Under the pieces are notes generated by a model, which saw nothing but the letters and a program-made list of their open reading frames with translations, did not search any database and had not been told where the DNA came from. This document shows, piece by piece, positions 15,196-22,228 of a stretch of DNA of 47,944 bases. The stretch spans positions 195,692 through 243,635 of the forward strand of contig JAGMAD010000003.1 in NCBI GenBank assembly GCA_023130975.1, written 5' to 3'. The stretch is from Candidatus Parcubacteria bacterium. GTDB lineage: Bacteria > Patescibacteriota > Minisyncoccia > Minisyncoccales > JAGMDC01. Made by a program: the position numbers and the translations under genes. Positions within the stretch are counted from its first letter, which is position 1, and the number at the start of each line of letters is the position of its first letter.

Positions 15196-17195
15196 AAAAA
15201 ACAAAAATAAAAACAAAAGAAACAAAAGAGAGTTACGGAGCAAAGGATATATATGTACTTGAGGGTCTTGAGCCAGTGAGGCGAAGGCCTGGAATGTATA
15301 TTGGTTCAACTGGTTCTGACGGATTGCACCATTTGGTCTGGGAATGTGTTGATAATTTTATTGATGAATCCATTGCTGGTTTCGCCACTCAAGGAGAAAT
15401 AGTTCTTTCGCCTAATAATCGAGTAAAGGTCTTTGATAATGGTCGGGGAATTCCAATAGATATCCATCCCCAAACGAAAAAATCAGCTTTAGAAACAGTA
15501 ATGACCACTCTCCATGCCGGAGCAAAATTTGGAGGAAAGGCATATCAGGTAGCTGGAGGCCTTCACGGTGTTGGCGTATCAGTGGTTTGTGCTCTTTCCC
15601 AATGGATGAGAGCAGAAGTTTGTAGGCAGGGGATAAAATATACCCAGGAGTATTCAAAAGGGAAAACCACTACTAAAGTTAAAAAAGATGGAAAATGCAG
15701 ACAAACAGGAACTACAGTGATGTTTGAGCCAGATAAAGAAATTTTTAAAGAGGCTAAATTTGATCTAAAAAGAATAATAAATCATTTGCGTCAGCAGGCC
15801 TATCTGACTAAGGGAATAAAAATAAAGATTATGGATGAAAGAGAGAAAGAAAAACAGGTGTATAATTTCTATTTTGAGGGTGGATTAGTTGCTTATATCA
15901 AACACTTAGTGAGGGGAGTAGAGCCGAAAAATGATAATATCTTTTATGTTTCTGGAGAAAAAGATGAAATTTTAGTAGAGGCGGCTTTTCAATACACTCA
16001 AGAGTACGAATGTTATGAAGAGAGTTTTACTAATAATATTTATACCGGAGAAGGAGGCACTCATCTCACTGGCTTTAGAGCAGCTTTAACTAGAGGTTTG
16101 AATGATTATGCCAGAAAGAATAGTTTTATTAAGGAAGGCGATGATAATCTTAGCGGTGAAGATGTGAGGGAGGGACTTACCGGTGTGGTTTCAGTGAAAA
16201 TAAAAGAGCCGCAGTTTGAAGGTCAAACCAAGGCAAAGTTAGGCAACCCGGAGGCAAAACTAGCAGTAGAAACAGTTGTTTTTGAAGGATTAGCTGATTT
16301 CTTAGAAAGAAACCCTCAAGATGCCAGAGCTATTATTGAAAGCTGTTTTTTATCTGCTAAAGCCAGAAAAGCAGCTAAGGCAGCCCGGCAAACAGTTTTA
16401 AGAAAAGGCGCTTTAGATGGCTTGGCTTTGCCCGGTAAATTAGCTGACTGTGCTTCCAGAAGACCAGAAGAATCAGAACTATATATTGTTGAAGGCGAGA
16501 GCGCCGGCGGAAGTGCAAAAGGAGGTCGGGACAGAAGATTTCAAGCCATTTTGCCGTTAAGGGGTAAGATTCTTAATACTGAAAGGGCGCGTTTAGACAA
16601 GATTTTGGCTTCAAAAGAAATTAAATCCCTGATTATTGCTTTAGGTACTGCTATTGCCGAGGATTTTAATATTGAAAAAGCAAGATATCAGAGGATAATA
16701 ATAATGTGCGATGCTGATTCTGACGGCAACCATATTAGAACTCTGCTTTTGACACTTTTCTTTAGATATTTCAAACCCATTATTGAGGCCGGCTATCTTT
16801 ATATTGCCCAGCCGCCTCTTTACAGAATTCAGGCAGGTTCAAGAATTGAGTATGCTTATACTGATTCAGATAAAGCTGAGATTTTAAGCTCTATAAAAGA
16901 GCCCGTCTCCGCTAAAGCTTCGGCGAACAAGAAGGTTCTGGCGGGCAAAGGAAAAGAGGTAGAGGAGAAATTGAAAGGGATTAGTATTCAACGTTATAAA
17001 GGTTTGGGAGAAATGAATCCAGAGCAATTATGGTCAACAACCATGAATCCAGAAAACAGAGTTTTGTTAAAAGTCACTATTGAAAACGCTAAAGAAGCAG
17101 ATAGAATTTTTGATACTCTTATGGGCGAGGAGGTTCTTCCTCGTAAAAGGTTTATTCAGACACATGCCAAAAAAGTAAAGAATCTTGACATTTGA
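15192..17195 (+). CDS. gyrB: DNA gyrase subunit B
   Basis: YGAKDIYVLEGLEPVRRRPGMYIG, GGLHGVG, EGESAGGSAK, IMCDADSDGNHIRTLLLT (Toprim). ATG 15192 overlaps the pheT stop (ATGA). Confidence 0.93.
   Translation: MKKTKIKTKETKESYGAKDIYVLEGLEPVRRRPGMYIGSTGSDGLHHLVWECVDNFIDESIAGFATQGEIVLSPNNRVKVFDNGRGIPIDIHPQTKKSALETVMTTLHAGAKFGGKAYQVAGGLHGVGVSVVCALSQWMRAEVCRQGIKYTQEYSKGKTTTKVKKDGKCRQTGTTVMFEPDKEIFKEAKFDLKRIINHLRQQAYLTKGIKIKIMDEREKEKQVYNFYFEGGLVAYIKHLVRGVEPKNDNIFYVSGEKDEILVEAAFQYTQEYECYEESFTNNIYTGEGGTHLTGFRAALTRGLNDYARKNSFIKEGDDNLSGEDVREGLTGVVSVKIKEPQFEGQTKAKLGNPEAKLAVETVVFEGLADFLERNPQDARAIIESCFLSAKARKAAKAARQTVLRKGALDGLALPGKLADCASRRPEESELYIVEGESAGGSAKGGRDRRFQAILPLRGKILNTERARLDKILASKEIKSLIIALGTAIAEDFNIEKARYQRIIIMCDADSDGNHIRTLLLTLFFRYFKPIIEAGYLYIAQPPLYRIQAGSRIEYAYTDSDKAEILSSIKEPVSAKASANKKVLAGKGKEVEEKLKGISIQRYKGLGEMNPEQLWSTTMNPENRVLLKVTIENAKEADRIFDTLMGEEVLPRKRFIQTHAKKVKNLDI
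16901..16946 (+). repeat. GC-rich hairpin cassette (expanded) read in-frame in gyrB
   Basis: GCCCGTC-TCCGCTAAAGCTTCGGCGAACAAGAAGGTTCT-GGCGGGC encodes PVSAKASANKKVLAG. Contains an AAGGTTCT word. Confidence 0.7.
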
Positions 17196-17249
17196 TTGTT
17201 ATTTTGTTATTTTGATAATGAAGCCCGCAGGGGCTGTTTTAAAAATATT

Positions 17250-17447
17250 ATGAATATCAAACAATTTCCAAATAAAATTATTACTTTTCTCAAAGAAGCA
17301 AAGCTGGAGCTGAAAAAAGTTAATTGGCCTACTCGCCAAGAAACCTTAAGATACACTTTAATTGTTATTGGTATTTCTGTGGCAGTAGCCATATTTTTAG
17401 GCGGATTAGATGTTATCTTCAGCAGATTATTAGAAAAATTATTATAA
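17250..17447 (+). CDS. secE: Preprotein translocase subunit SecE
   Basis: 65 aa from ATG 17250. FLKEAKLELKKVNWPTRQETLRYTLIVIGISVAVAIFLGGLD is the SecE pattern. Upstream of nusG. Confidence 0.85.
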   Translation: MNIKQFPNKIITFLKEAKLELKKVNWPTRQETLRYTLIVIGISVAVAIFLGGLDVIFSRLLEKLL

Positions 17448-17520
17448 TTTTTCATTTTTCATTTTTAACTTTTAACTTGACTGAGCGAGCCGAAGCCGAA
17501 GGCGAGGCGAGCGAAGGAAC
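17448..17520 (+). repeat. CACTTTTAAC word spacer plus an expanded GC-rich start-proximal cassette
   Basis: TTGACTGAGCGAGCCGAAGCCGAAGGCGAGGCGAGCGAAGGAAC (17477-17520) abuts the nusG GTG. Confidence 0.7.
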
Positions 17521-18066
17521 GTGCCCAAACAACAAATTCCTCAAGAAAAAAACTGGTATGTTTTACACACCTATTCTGGTTATGAAGATGCTGTAGCTAA
17601 AAGCTTGAAACAGCGCATCGAGTCCTTGGGTATGGAAGATAAAATTTTTGATGTCATCGTACCTAAAGAAAAAAAGATTAAAATTAAAAATAGTAAAAGA
17701 AAAACAGTGGAAGAAAAAATTTATCCGGGATATGTTTTGGTCCAAATGATAGTTACAGACGATTCTTGGTATGTTGTCAGGAATACTCCTAATGTTACTG
17801 GTTTTGTTGGCGCTGGAACTACACCGGTCCCAGTTTCCAAAGGAGAAATTGAAATTTTAAAAAAGAGAATGGGCGTAGAAACACCTCAGTATAAAATTGA
17901 TGTTAAAATTGGAGATGCGGTGAAAATTACAGATGGACTTTTTAAGGATTATGACGGAAAGGTTGCAGAGATTGACCAAGAAAAAGGAAAAGTTAAGGTT
18001 TTGGTGAATATGTTTGGCAGAGACACGCCTGTGGAATTAGATTCGTTGCAGATTAAGAAGATCTAA
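17521..18066 (+). CDS. nusG: Transcription termination/antitermination factor NusG
   Basis: 181 aa, GTG start. WYVLHTYSGYEDAVAKSL (NGN domain) and a C-terminal KOW (GDAVKITDGLFKDYDGKV). Confidence 0.92.
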   Translation: MPKQQIPQEKNWYVLHTYSGYEDAVAKSLKQRIESLGMEDKIFDVIVPKEKKIKIKNSKRKTVEEKIYPGYVLVQMIVTDDSWYVVRNTPNVTGFVGAGTTPVPVSKGEIEILKKRMGVETPQYKIDVKIGDAVKITDGLFKDYDGKVAEIDQEKGKVKVLVNMFGRDTPVELDSLQIKKI

Positions 18067-18218
18067 CGCTCGAGAATTAGTTTTTAGGACACGCAAATTT
18101 CTCCAGCGGAAATTTGCTACTACTCACGAATTGTCCCCTCCTTTTGCGCAAGCGCGAAAAGGAGGGGGACCAAGCCAATTCGCTGCGGATTGTCCTAAAA
18201 ACTAATTTCCTCGCTTAT
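18067..18218. repeat. About 150-nt multi-stem palindromic element, copy 2 (starts at the nusG stop codon)
   Basis: Collinear with 5144-5289. Same GCAAATTTC...GAAATTTGC and CGAATTG...CAATTCG stems. The outer stem carries compensatory changes. The central hairpin is replaced by CCCCTCCTTTTGCGC-AA-GCGCGAAAAGGAGGGG. Confidence 0.85.
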
Positions 18219-18248
18219 GCTCTAAATTTTTCGTAATTTGTAGAAAAT

Positions 18249-18385
18249 ATGAAAAAAGTAAAAGCAATTATAAGAACCTTTCGCTTTACGAAAGAACCTT
18301 GATTACTTCGTAATTAAGAACCTTTCGTTTTACGAAAGAACCTTGAAATTACTTGTAATTTTATGAAAAAAGTAAAAGCAATTAT
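18249..18385 (+). repeat. 91-nt insertion (two tandem inverted GGTTCT units) flanked by a 23-nt direct repeat that duplicates the rplK start
   Basis: ATGAAAAAAGTAAAAGCAATTAT occurs at 18249-18271 and 18363-18385. Units AAGAACCTTTCG(C/T)TTTACGAAAGAACCTTGA plus ATTACTT(C/T)GTAATT at 18272-18362. Confidence 0.85.
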
Positions 18386-18782
18386 TAAACTTCAAATTGA
18401 GGCCGGAAAGGCAACACCAGCTCCGCCAATAGGTTCGGCTTTAGCTCAGCATGGACTAAATATTGCTGAGTTTTGTCAGAAGTTTAATGATGCCACAAAA
18501 AACCAAACTGGTTTCAAGATTCCAGTTGACATTACTGTTTATGAAGACAGAACATATGATTTTAAATTGAAACAGCCGCCAGTTGCCGAGCTTTTAAAAA
18601 AAGCAGCCGCCATTGAGAAAGGTTCTGGGACACCGAATAAAACAAAAGTAGCTAAGATTACTAAAGCCCAGGTTCAAGAAATTGCTCAGAAAAAAATGCC
18701 CGACCTTAATGCATTAGATATTGAGAGAGCAATGAAGATAGTAGAGGGAACAGCCAAGCAAATGGGAATAGAAATAGAATAG
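18363..18782 (+). CDS. rplK: Ribosomal protein L11
   Basis: 139 aa. [34 protein letters not shown] is the L11 signature. Confidence 0.95.
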   Translation: MKKVKAIIKLQIEAGKATPAPPIGSALAQHGLNIAEFCQKFNDATKNQTGFKIPVDITVYEDRTYDFKLKQPPVAELLKKAAAIEKGSGTPNKTKVAKITKAQVQEIAQKKMPDLNALDIERAMKIVEGTAKQMGIEIE

Positions 18783-18796
18783 GTTAAATTTTGCTC

Positions 18797-18863
18797 GGAT
18801 TCCAAATTTTCCTTGCGCTTTACCCTAAAGGGCTCCGACGCGTCTTCGGAAAATTCAGAATCC
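18797..18863. repeat. Imperfect inverted repeat downstream of rplK
   Basis: GGATTCCAAATTTTCC (18797-18812) versus GGAAAATTCAGAATCC (18848-18863), with an internal CCCT-AA-AGGG hairpin. Confidence 0.5.
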
Positions 18864-18894
18864 TCGCCAACCCAATTTTAAAAATTTGTTTTCT

Positions 18895-19416
18895 ATGATT
18901 ATGAGGCCTACTAAAGACCAATATTATCTCAATATTGCCAAGCAAGTAGCTCAAAGGTCAACTTGTTTTCGGGTTAGGTTTGGGGCAATTATTGTTAGAG
19001 ATGACCAGATTATTGCTACTGGCTATGTTGGTGCACCAAGGAAAACTAAGGACTGTTTTGAAAGGGGAAATTGTTTAAGAGACCAATTAAAAATTCCCCA
19101 TGGCCAAAAATACGAGCTTTGCCGAAGCGTTCATAGCGAACAAAACGCTATTATCAATGCTGCTCGAGCTGGAGTAAGTTTGCTTGGCGGGGATATGTTT
19201 ATTTATGCGGAAAATAAAGAGAGAGAAGCAATAGATGCTTTTCCTTGTTTTATTTGTAAAAAGATGATTATTAATGCTGGCTTAAATAGAGCAGTTTGCT
19301 CAACAAGCGATGGTAAATACAAGGTTTTTAATATCCAGGATTGGGTTCGCGATTGGCAGGAAAGAGACATCTTAGATGACCAGCATCAATACGGAAAGGA
19401 CCAGAATAGGGGTTGA
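18895..19416 (+). CDS. comEB: Deoxycytidylate (dCMP) deaminase, ComEB-type
   Basis: CDA zinc motifs HSEQNAI and PCFICKKMIINAG. Size about 170 aa. Start ATG 18895 or 18901. Confidence 0.85.
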   Translation: MIMRPTKDQYYLNIAKQVAQRSTCFRVRFGAIIVRDDQIIATGYVGAPRKTKDCFERGNCLRDQLKIPHGQKYELCRSVHSEQNAIINAARAGVSLLGGDMFIYAENKEREAIDAFPCFICKKMIINAGLNRAVCSTSDGKYKVFNIQDWVRDWQERDILDDQHQYGKDQNRG

Positions 19417-19433
19417 CCCCCCTTTTTGTTTTT
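19409..19433 (+). terminator. Short GC hairpin plus T-run overlapping the comEB stop
   Basis: GGGG-TTGA-CCCC followed by CCTTTTTGTTTTT. Confidence 0.4.
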
Positions 19434-19461
19434 GATACTGTAAAATTACAGCACATAAATA
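19432..19461 (+). promoter_or_regulatory. Possible promoter of the purine-rich operon
   Basis: TTGATA (19432-19437), 18 nt, TAAATA (19456-19461). Weak match. Confidence 0.3.
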
Positions 19462-19487
19462 GTTAAATAATTGAAGAGGGAAAGAAA

Positions 19488-19745
19488 ATGTATGAAGAAG
19501 AAAAAGTATGGGAAGAAATAAAATATTGTATAGAGATAGGAAGACGAAACGATATACAAAGATGTTTGGAGAACAAGCTACAGACAAGAAGGCGGAGAGC
19601 AATAGAAATGAAGAAGGCATTGGACAAAGAATATTTGGAAATAGAGCAAATAGAGGAAGTATTGGAGAAACTACAAGAAGGGGTTGTTGTAAAAAACACA
19701 GAACAAGAGGCAGAGCGAAGAATAGTAGGAGCAATACAGGTGTAA
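19488..19745 (+). CDS. Small charged helical protein (85 aa), operon gene 1
   Basis: SD GAGGGAAAGAAAATG. MYEEEKVWEEIKYCIEIGRRNDIQRCLENKLQTRRRRAIEMKK... No family recognised. Confidence 0.5.
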   Translation: MYEEEKVWEEIKYCIEIGRRNDIQRCLENKLQTRRRRAIEMKKALDKEYLEIEQIEEVLEKLQEGVVVKNTEQEAERRIVGAIQV

Positions 19746-19768
19746 TATAAATAAAAGGAGCAATAGAA

Positions 19769-19972
19769 ATGGGAGAGAAAGAAAAAATAGACGTTGTGAT
19801 AGTTTGGAAGAAAGAAAAACCGGAGAAGAAAGGAGAATCAGAGAATACAGGAATTTCAAAGACAATCAAGGATATTTCAGAAGAGAAACTTAAGAGTCTT
19901 CTAAAAAGCAAGAAGTGCAATGGCTTTCAGGTGGTTTGGAAATGGGAAAAAGCAGGTGAGAAAAATGTCTGA
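19769..19972 (+). CDS. Small Lys/Glu-rich protein (67 aa), operon gene 2
   Basis: SD AAGGAGCAATAGAAATG. Its stop overlaps the next start (ATGTCTGA). Confidence 0.5.
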   Translation: MGEKEKIDVVIVWKKEKPEKKGESENTGISKTIKDISEEKLKSLLKSKKCNGFQVVWKWEKAGEKNV

Positions 19973-20117
19973 AGAAAGAAAGCCATTTGAGTCAGATATA
20001 GAAAGAATTGAAAACAGGAACAAAAAGTGGATGGAAATACAAAAAGAGCCACATGGTAGAACATTAATGAGATTAAAACTGATATTCGGATTCTCAGAGA
20101 GAGAAGAAAAAGAATAA
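19965..20117 (+). CDS. Small protein (50 aa), operon gene 3
   Basis: SD AGGTGAGAAAAATG. MSEERKPFESDIERIENRNKKWMEIQKEPHGRTLMRLKLIFGFSEREEKE. The track ORF from 19920 is an upstream extension without an SD. Confidence 0.45.
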   Translation: MSEERKPFESDIERIENRNKKWMEIQKEPHGRTLMRLKLIFGFSEREEKE

Positions 20118-20134
20118 AAAGGAGGTGATAGAAA

Positions 20135-20875
20135 ATGGAATTAAAAGAATTAGAAAAAAGAGTACGCCTTTTTTTAAAAGGAGAGTATGCAACGGACAAG
20201 ATATACGATCAACTATACAGAATAGCGGTTCTCGATTCTCAGACTGGCGATTTGGCAAAATTTGTCTATCATGACCCGAAATACAATCCAGAAGCTCGAA
20301 TCGTTGGCACTTTCGAAGACGAAGTTTCAATTTCTGGTGAGGCAGTGTGTCATCTAATAGCTCTGATGATGAGCAGGGGAATAGATTTATCCGATGCTCT
20401 GGAAGCAGGAATTAAAAAATTGGAAGAAAAAGATGGGTACAAGAAAAAGGGTGAAGTTATAGAGATAGATAACATAACGACGCTAAAAGGATACCGAACG
20501 GCCTCTGGTATAGTTGAAGGAATAGCAATAGTAATACTGTTCGCCTCAGAAAAAAAGTTAGAGAAGTTGCTAACGAATTTGAAATTGAAAGATGAAAAGA
20601 AAATACTTGTGACAGAAAGTTTAAGCGCCCATTCAGTTTCAGTTGGTTTTTTGAGAGCAATAAATTTAGTAGGAATAGTAACCAATCAGGGAGGGAGTAC
20701 TTCACACGGAGCAATAATAGCCAGAGAGATGGGAATTCCTTGTGTTTCAGGGACAGAAGTTTCAGAAACAGAAAAAGCGACAAAGATAATTCATAGTGGT
20801 GACAAAATTATAGTAAATGGAAACGCAGGAGAAGTAGTTTTAATAAAGAGAGAAGTAATTTTGAGAAAGAGGTGA
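20135..20875 (+). CDS. Fusion protein: MazG-like all-alpha NTP-pyrophosphohydrolase-fold N-domain plus PEP-utilising-enzyme mobile (phosphohistidine swivel) domain
   Basis: SD AAGGAGGTGATAGAAAATG. N-half: LDSQTGDLAKFV...GEAVCHLIALMMSRGIDLSDALEAGIKKLEEK (MazG-like, acidic motif partly substituted). C-half: ILVTESLS...GIVTNQGGSTSHGAIIAREMGIPCVSG...GDKIIVNGNAGEV (PF00391 pattern; His codon at 20705-20707). Confidence 0.75.
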   Translation: MELKELEKRVRLFLKGEYATDKIYDQLYRIAVLDSQTGDLAKFVYHDPKYNPEARIVGTFEDEVSISGEAVCHLIALMMSRGIDLSDALEAGIKKLEEKDGYKKKGEVIEIDNITTLKGYRTASGIVEGIAIVILFASEKKLEKLLTNLKLKDEKKILVTESLSAHSVSVGFLRAINLVGIVTNQGGSTSHGAIIAREMGIPCVSGTEVSETEKATKIIHSGDKIIVNGNAGEVVLIKREVILRKR

Positions 20876-20880
20876 TAGAA

Positions 20881-22197
20881 ATGGTAAAAATAGGTTTTAT
20901 AGAAGATGAGCCGATTATACTCGCAGCAGTTGGAGTAAAAATCTCCCAAACGCCATTTGAACAGGGGAGTATTCAAGATATTTACGAGGAATGTCGGGGA
21001 AGCGAGTTAGAAAAGGAAGCAGGCAAGCTAAAAGAAGCTGGAAATTTTGAAGGAGCTAAAAAATTGAAACAAGAGGTTGAGAGACGCATAGAGAATTCTA
21101 AAAAATTAGTCAATGAGATAATGATAAAGCACAGACATCTAATCCTCGGTGATTTCCTGCCCTACACGGTAGCATTAGAGGATATTTCACGGCTGGCAGC
21201 GATTTATCTCTGGCGAAATGTGAATGTCTTGAACTTCGTATTCGGCGCTGGTATAGAAGCATCATTTAGAGTGATAAAGCCAAACAGATATAACAAAGCA
21301 GTTAGTGACTTAGGTAAAATAGCATTTGAGGCATACGAGAAGGCGGTTGATCTCGGAGTTCCAGAACAAGACGCAAGGTATATGTTGCCAGAAGGAATAC
21401 TAACCAGAATGATATTTTCTAGTACGCCTCGTTATTTAGGGAAACTGGCAAATTCTTCGAAGAATGCACCATTATCAGAATTCAAAGAAATCGGTAAACA
21501 AATTGAGACACTGGTTAAGGAAAAATTTGGCTTAGAACTACTTCAAGAAACATTACCTTCGGAATGGAAATTCTGGGGACAGGAAAAAATAAAAGAAGGA
21601 ATTTCTCTTGACTATCAAGGAAAGATTCATTCTTTTTCCTTGAATATGGGAGTAAAAGGAAGCTTAGCGATGTATGCTCAACTAGTGCGACAGAGATTGT
21701 TACTATGTGATGTAGAACCATTAGAAGGAATAAGCAAAAAAGGAAGATTCGTTGTTCCTTTTACCTTTCCAAGAGCAACAAGAAAAGATTACCAAGAAAT
21801 AGCCAGTCAGGCAAAGCAAAAGCAGATAGAGTCAATAGAAAGACATGAACAGGATTTCGTTTATTACCTTTTACTTGGACAAGAGGCTGAAGCAATAATA
21901 TATGGGAAAGGTGCTACAGTGATTGAAACTTCACAGGCAAGAAGCGAGGGTGTGGCTCAATGGGAAATAAGGAACCAAGTAGGAATTCCAATAACCAGAG
22001 AATTGGCAAAATATAAAGAGCTGGAAACAGAAATTGGTCCCAGATGCTGGAGAGAAAAACAGTGCATAGAACCCGGAACTTTTAAAACAAAGAAGAGTAT
22101 CTGTAAAGCATTTTTTCAAGCAGAGGGAAATTGGAAAGGAACTTTGAAAGAACTACTTGATACCTTAACTGAACATTACGAGACTTTCAGGGTGTAA
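20881..22197 (+). CDS. Tandem double ThyX-like (flavin-dependent thymidylate synthase fold) protein with a divergent signature
   Basis: SD AGAGGTGATAGAAATG (alternative GTG at 20872). First half aligns by eye to T. maritima ThyX (KHRHLILGDFLPYTVALEDISRLAAIYLWRN..., VPEQDARYMLPEGILTRMIFSS). Second half repeats the pattern (SLAMYAQLVRQRLLL..., SQARSEGVAQWEIRNQ). Confidence 0.7.
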   Translation: MVKIGFIEDEPIILAAVGVKISQTPFEQGSIQDIYEECRGSELEKEAGKLKEAGNFEGAKKLKQEVERRIENSKKLVNEIMIKHRHLILGDFLPYTVALEDISRLAAIYLWRNVNVLNFVFGAGIEASFRVIKPNRYNKAVSDLGKIAFEAYEKAVDLGVPEQDARYMLPEGILTRMIFSSTPRYLGKLANSSKNAPLSEFKEIGKQIETLVKEKFGLELLQETLPSEWKFWGQEKIKEGISLDYQGKIHSFSLNMGVKGSLAMYAQLVRQRLLLCDVEPLEGISKKGRFVVPFTFPRATRKDYQEIASQAKQKQIESIERHEQDFVYYLLLGQEAEAIIYGKGATVIETSQARSEGVAQWEIRNQVGIPITRELAKYKELETEIGPRCWREKQCIEPGTFKTKKSICKAFFQAEGNWKGTLKELLDTLTEHYETFRV

Positions 22198-22228
22198 GAG
22201 AGCAAAATATACAAAAATAAAAAAATTC

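Noticed and set aside
17324-17596. 90-aa ORF bridging secE and nusG, and ORF 17207-17455 (minus)
   Set aside because: They are out of frame or antisense to well-supported secE and nusG and cross the repeat cassette.
19372-19920. 182-aa minus-strand ORF, plus other minus and alternate-frame ORFs (19463-19699, 19671-19865, 19927-20199, 20094-20330, 19508-19750) across the micro-ORF region
   Set aside because: They are by-products of extreme purine richness on the plus strand, which leaves few stop codons in the antisense frames. The products are low-complexity Leu/Phe/Ser and have no SD. The plus-strand ORFs have consensus SDs and coupled stops and starts.
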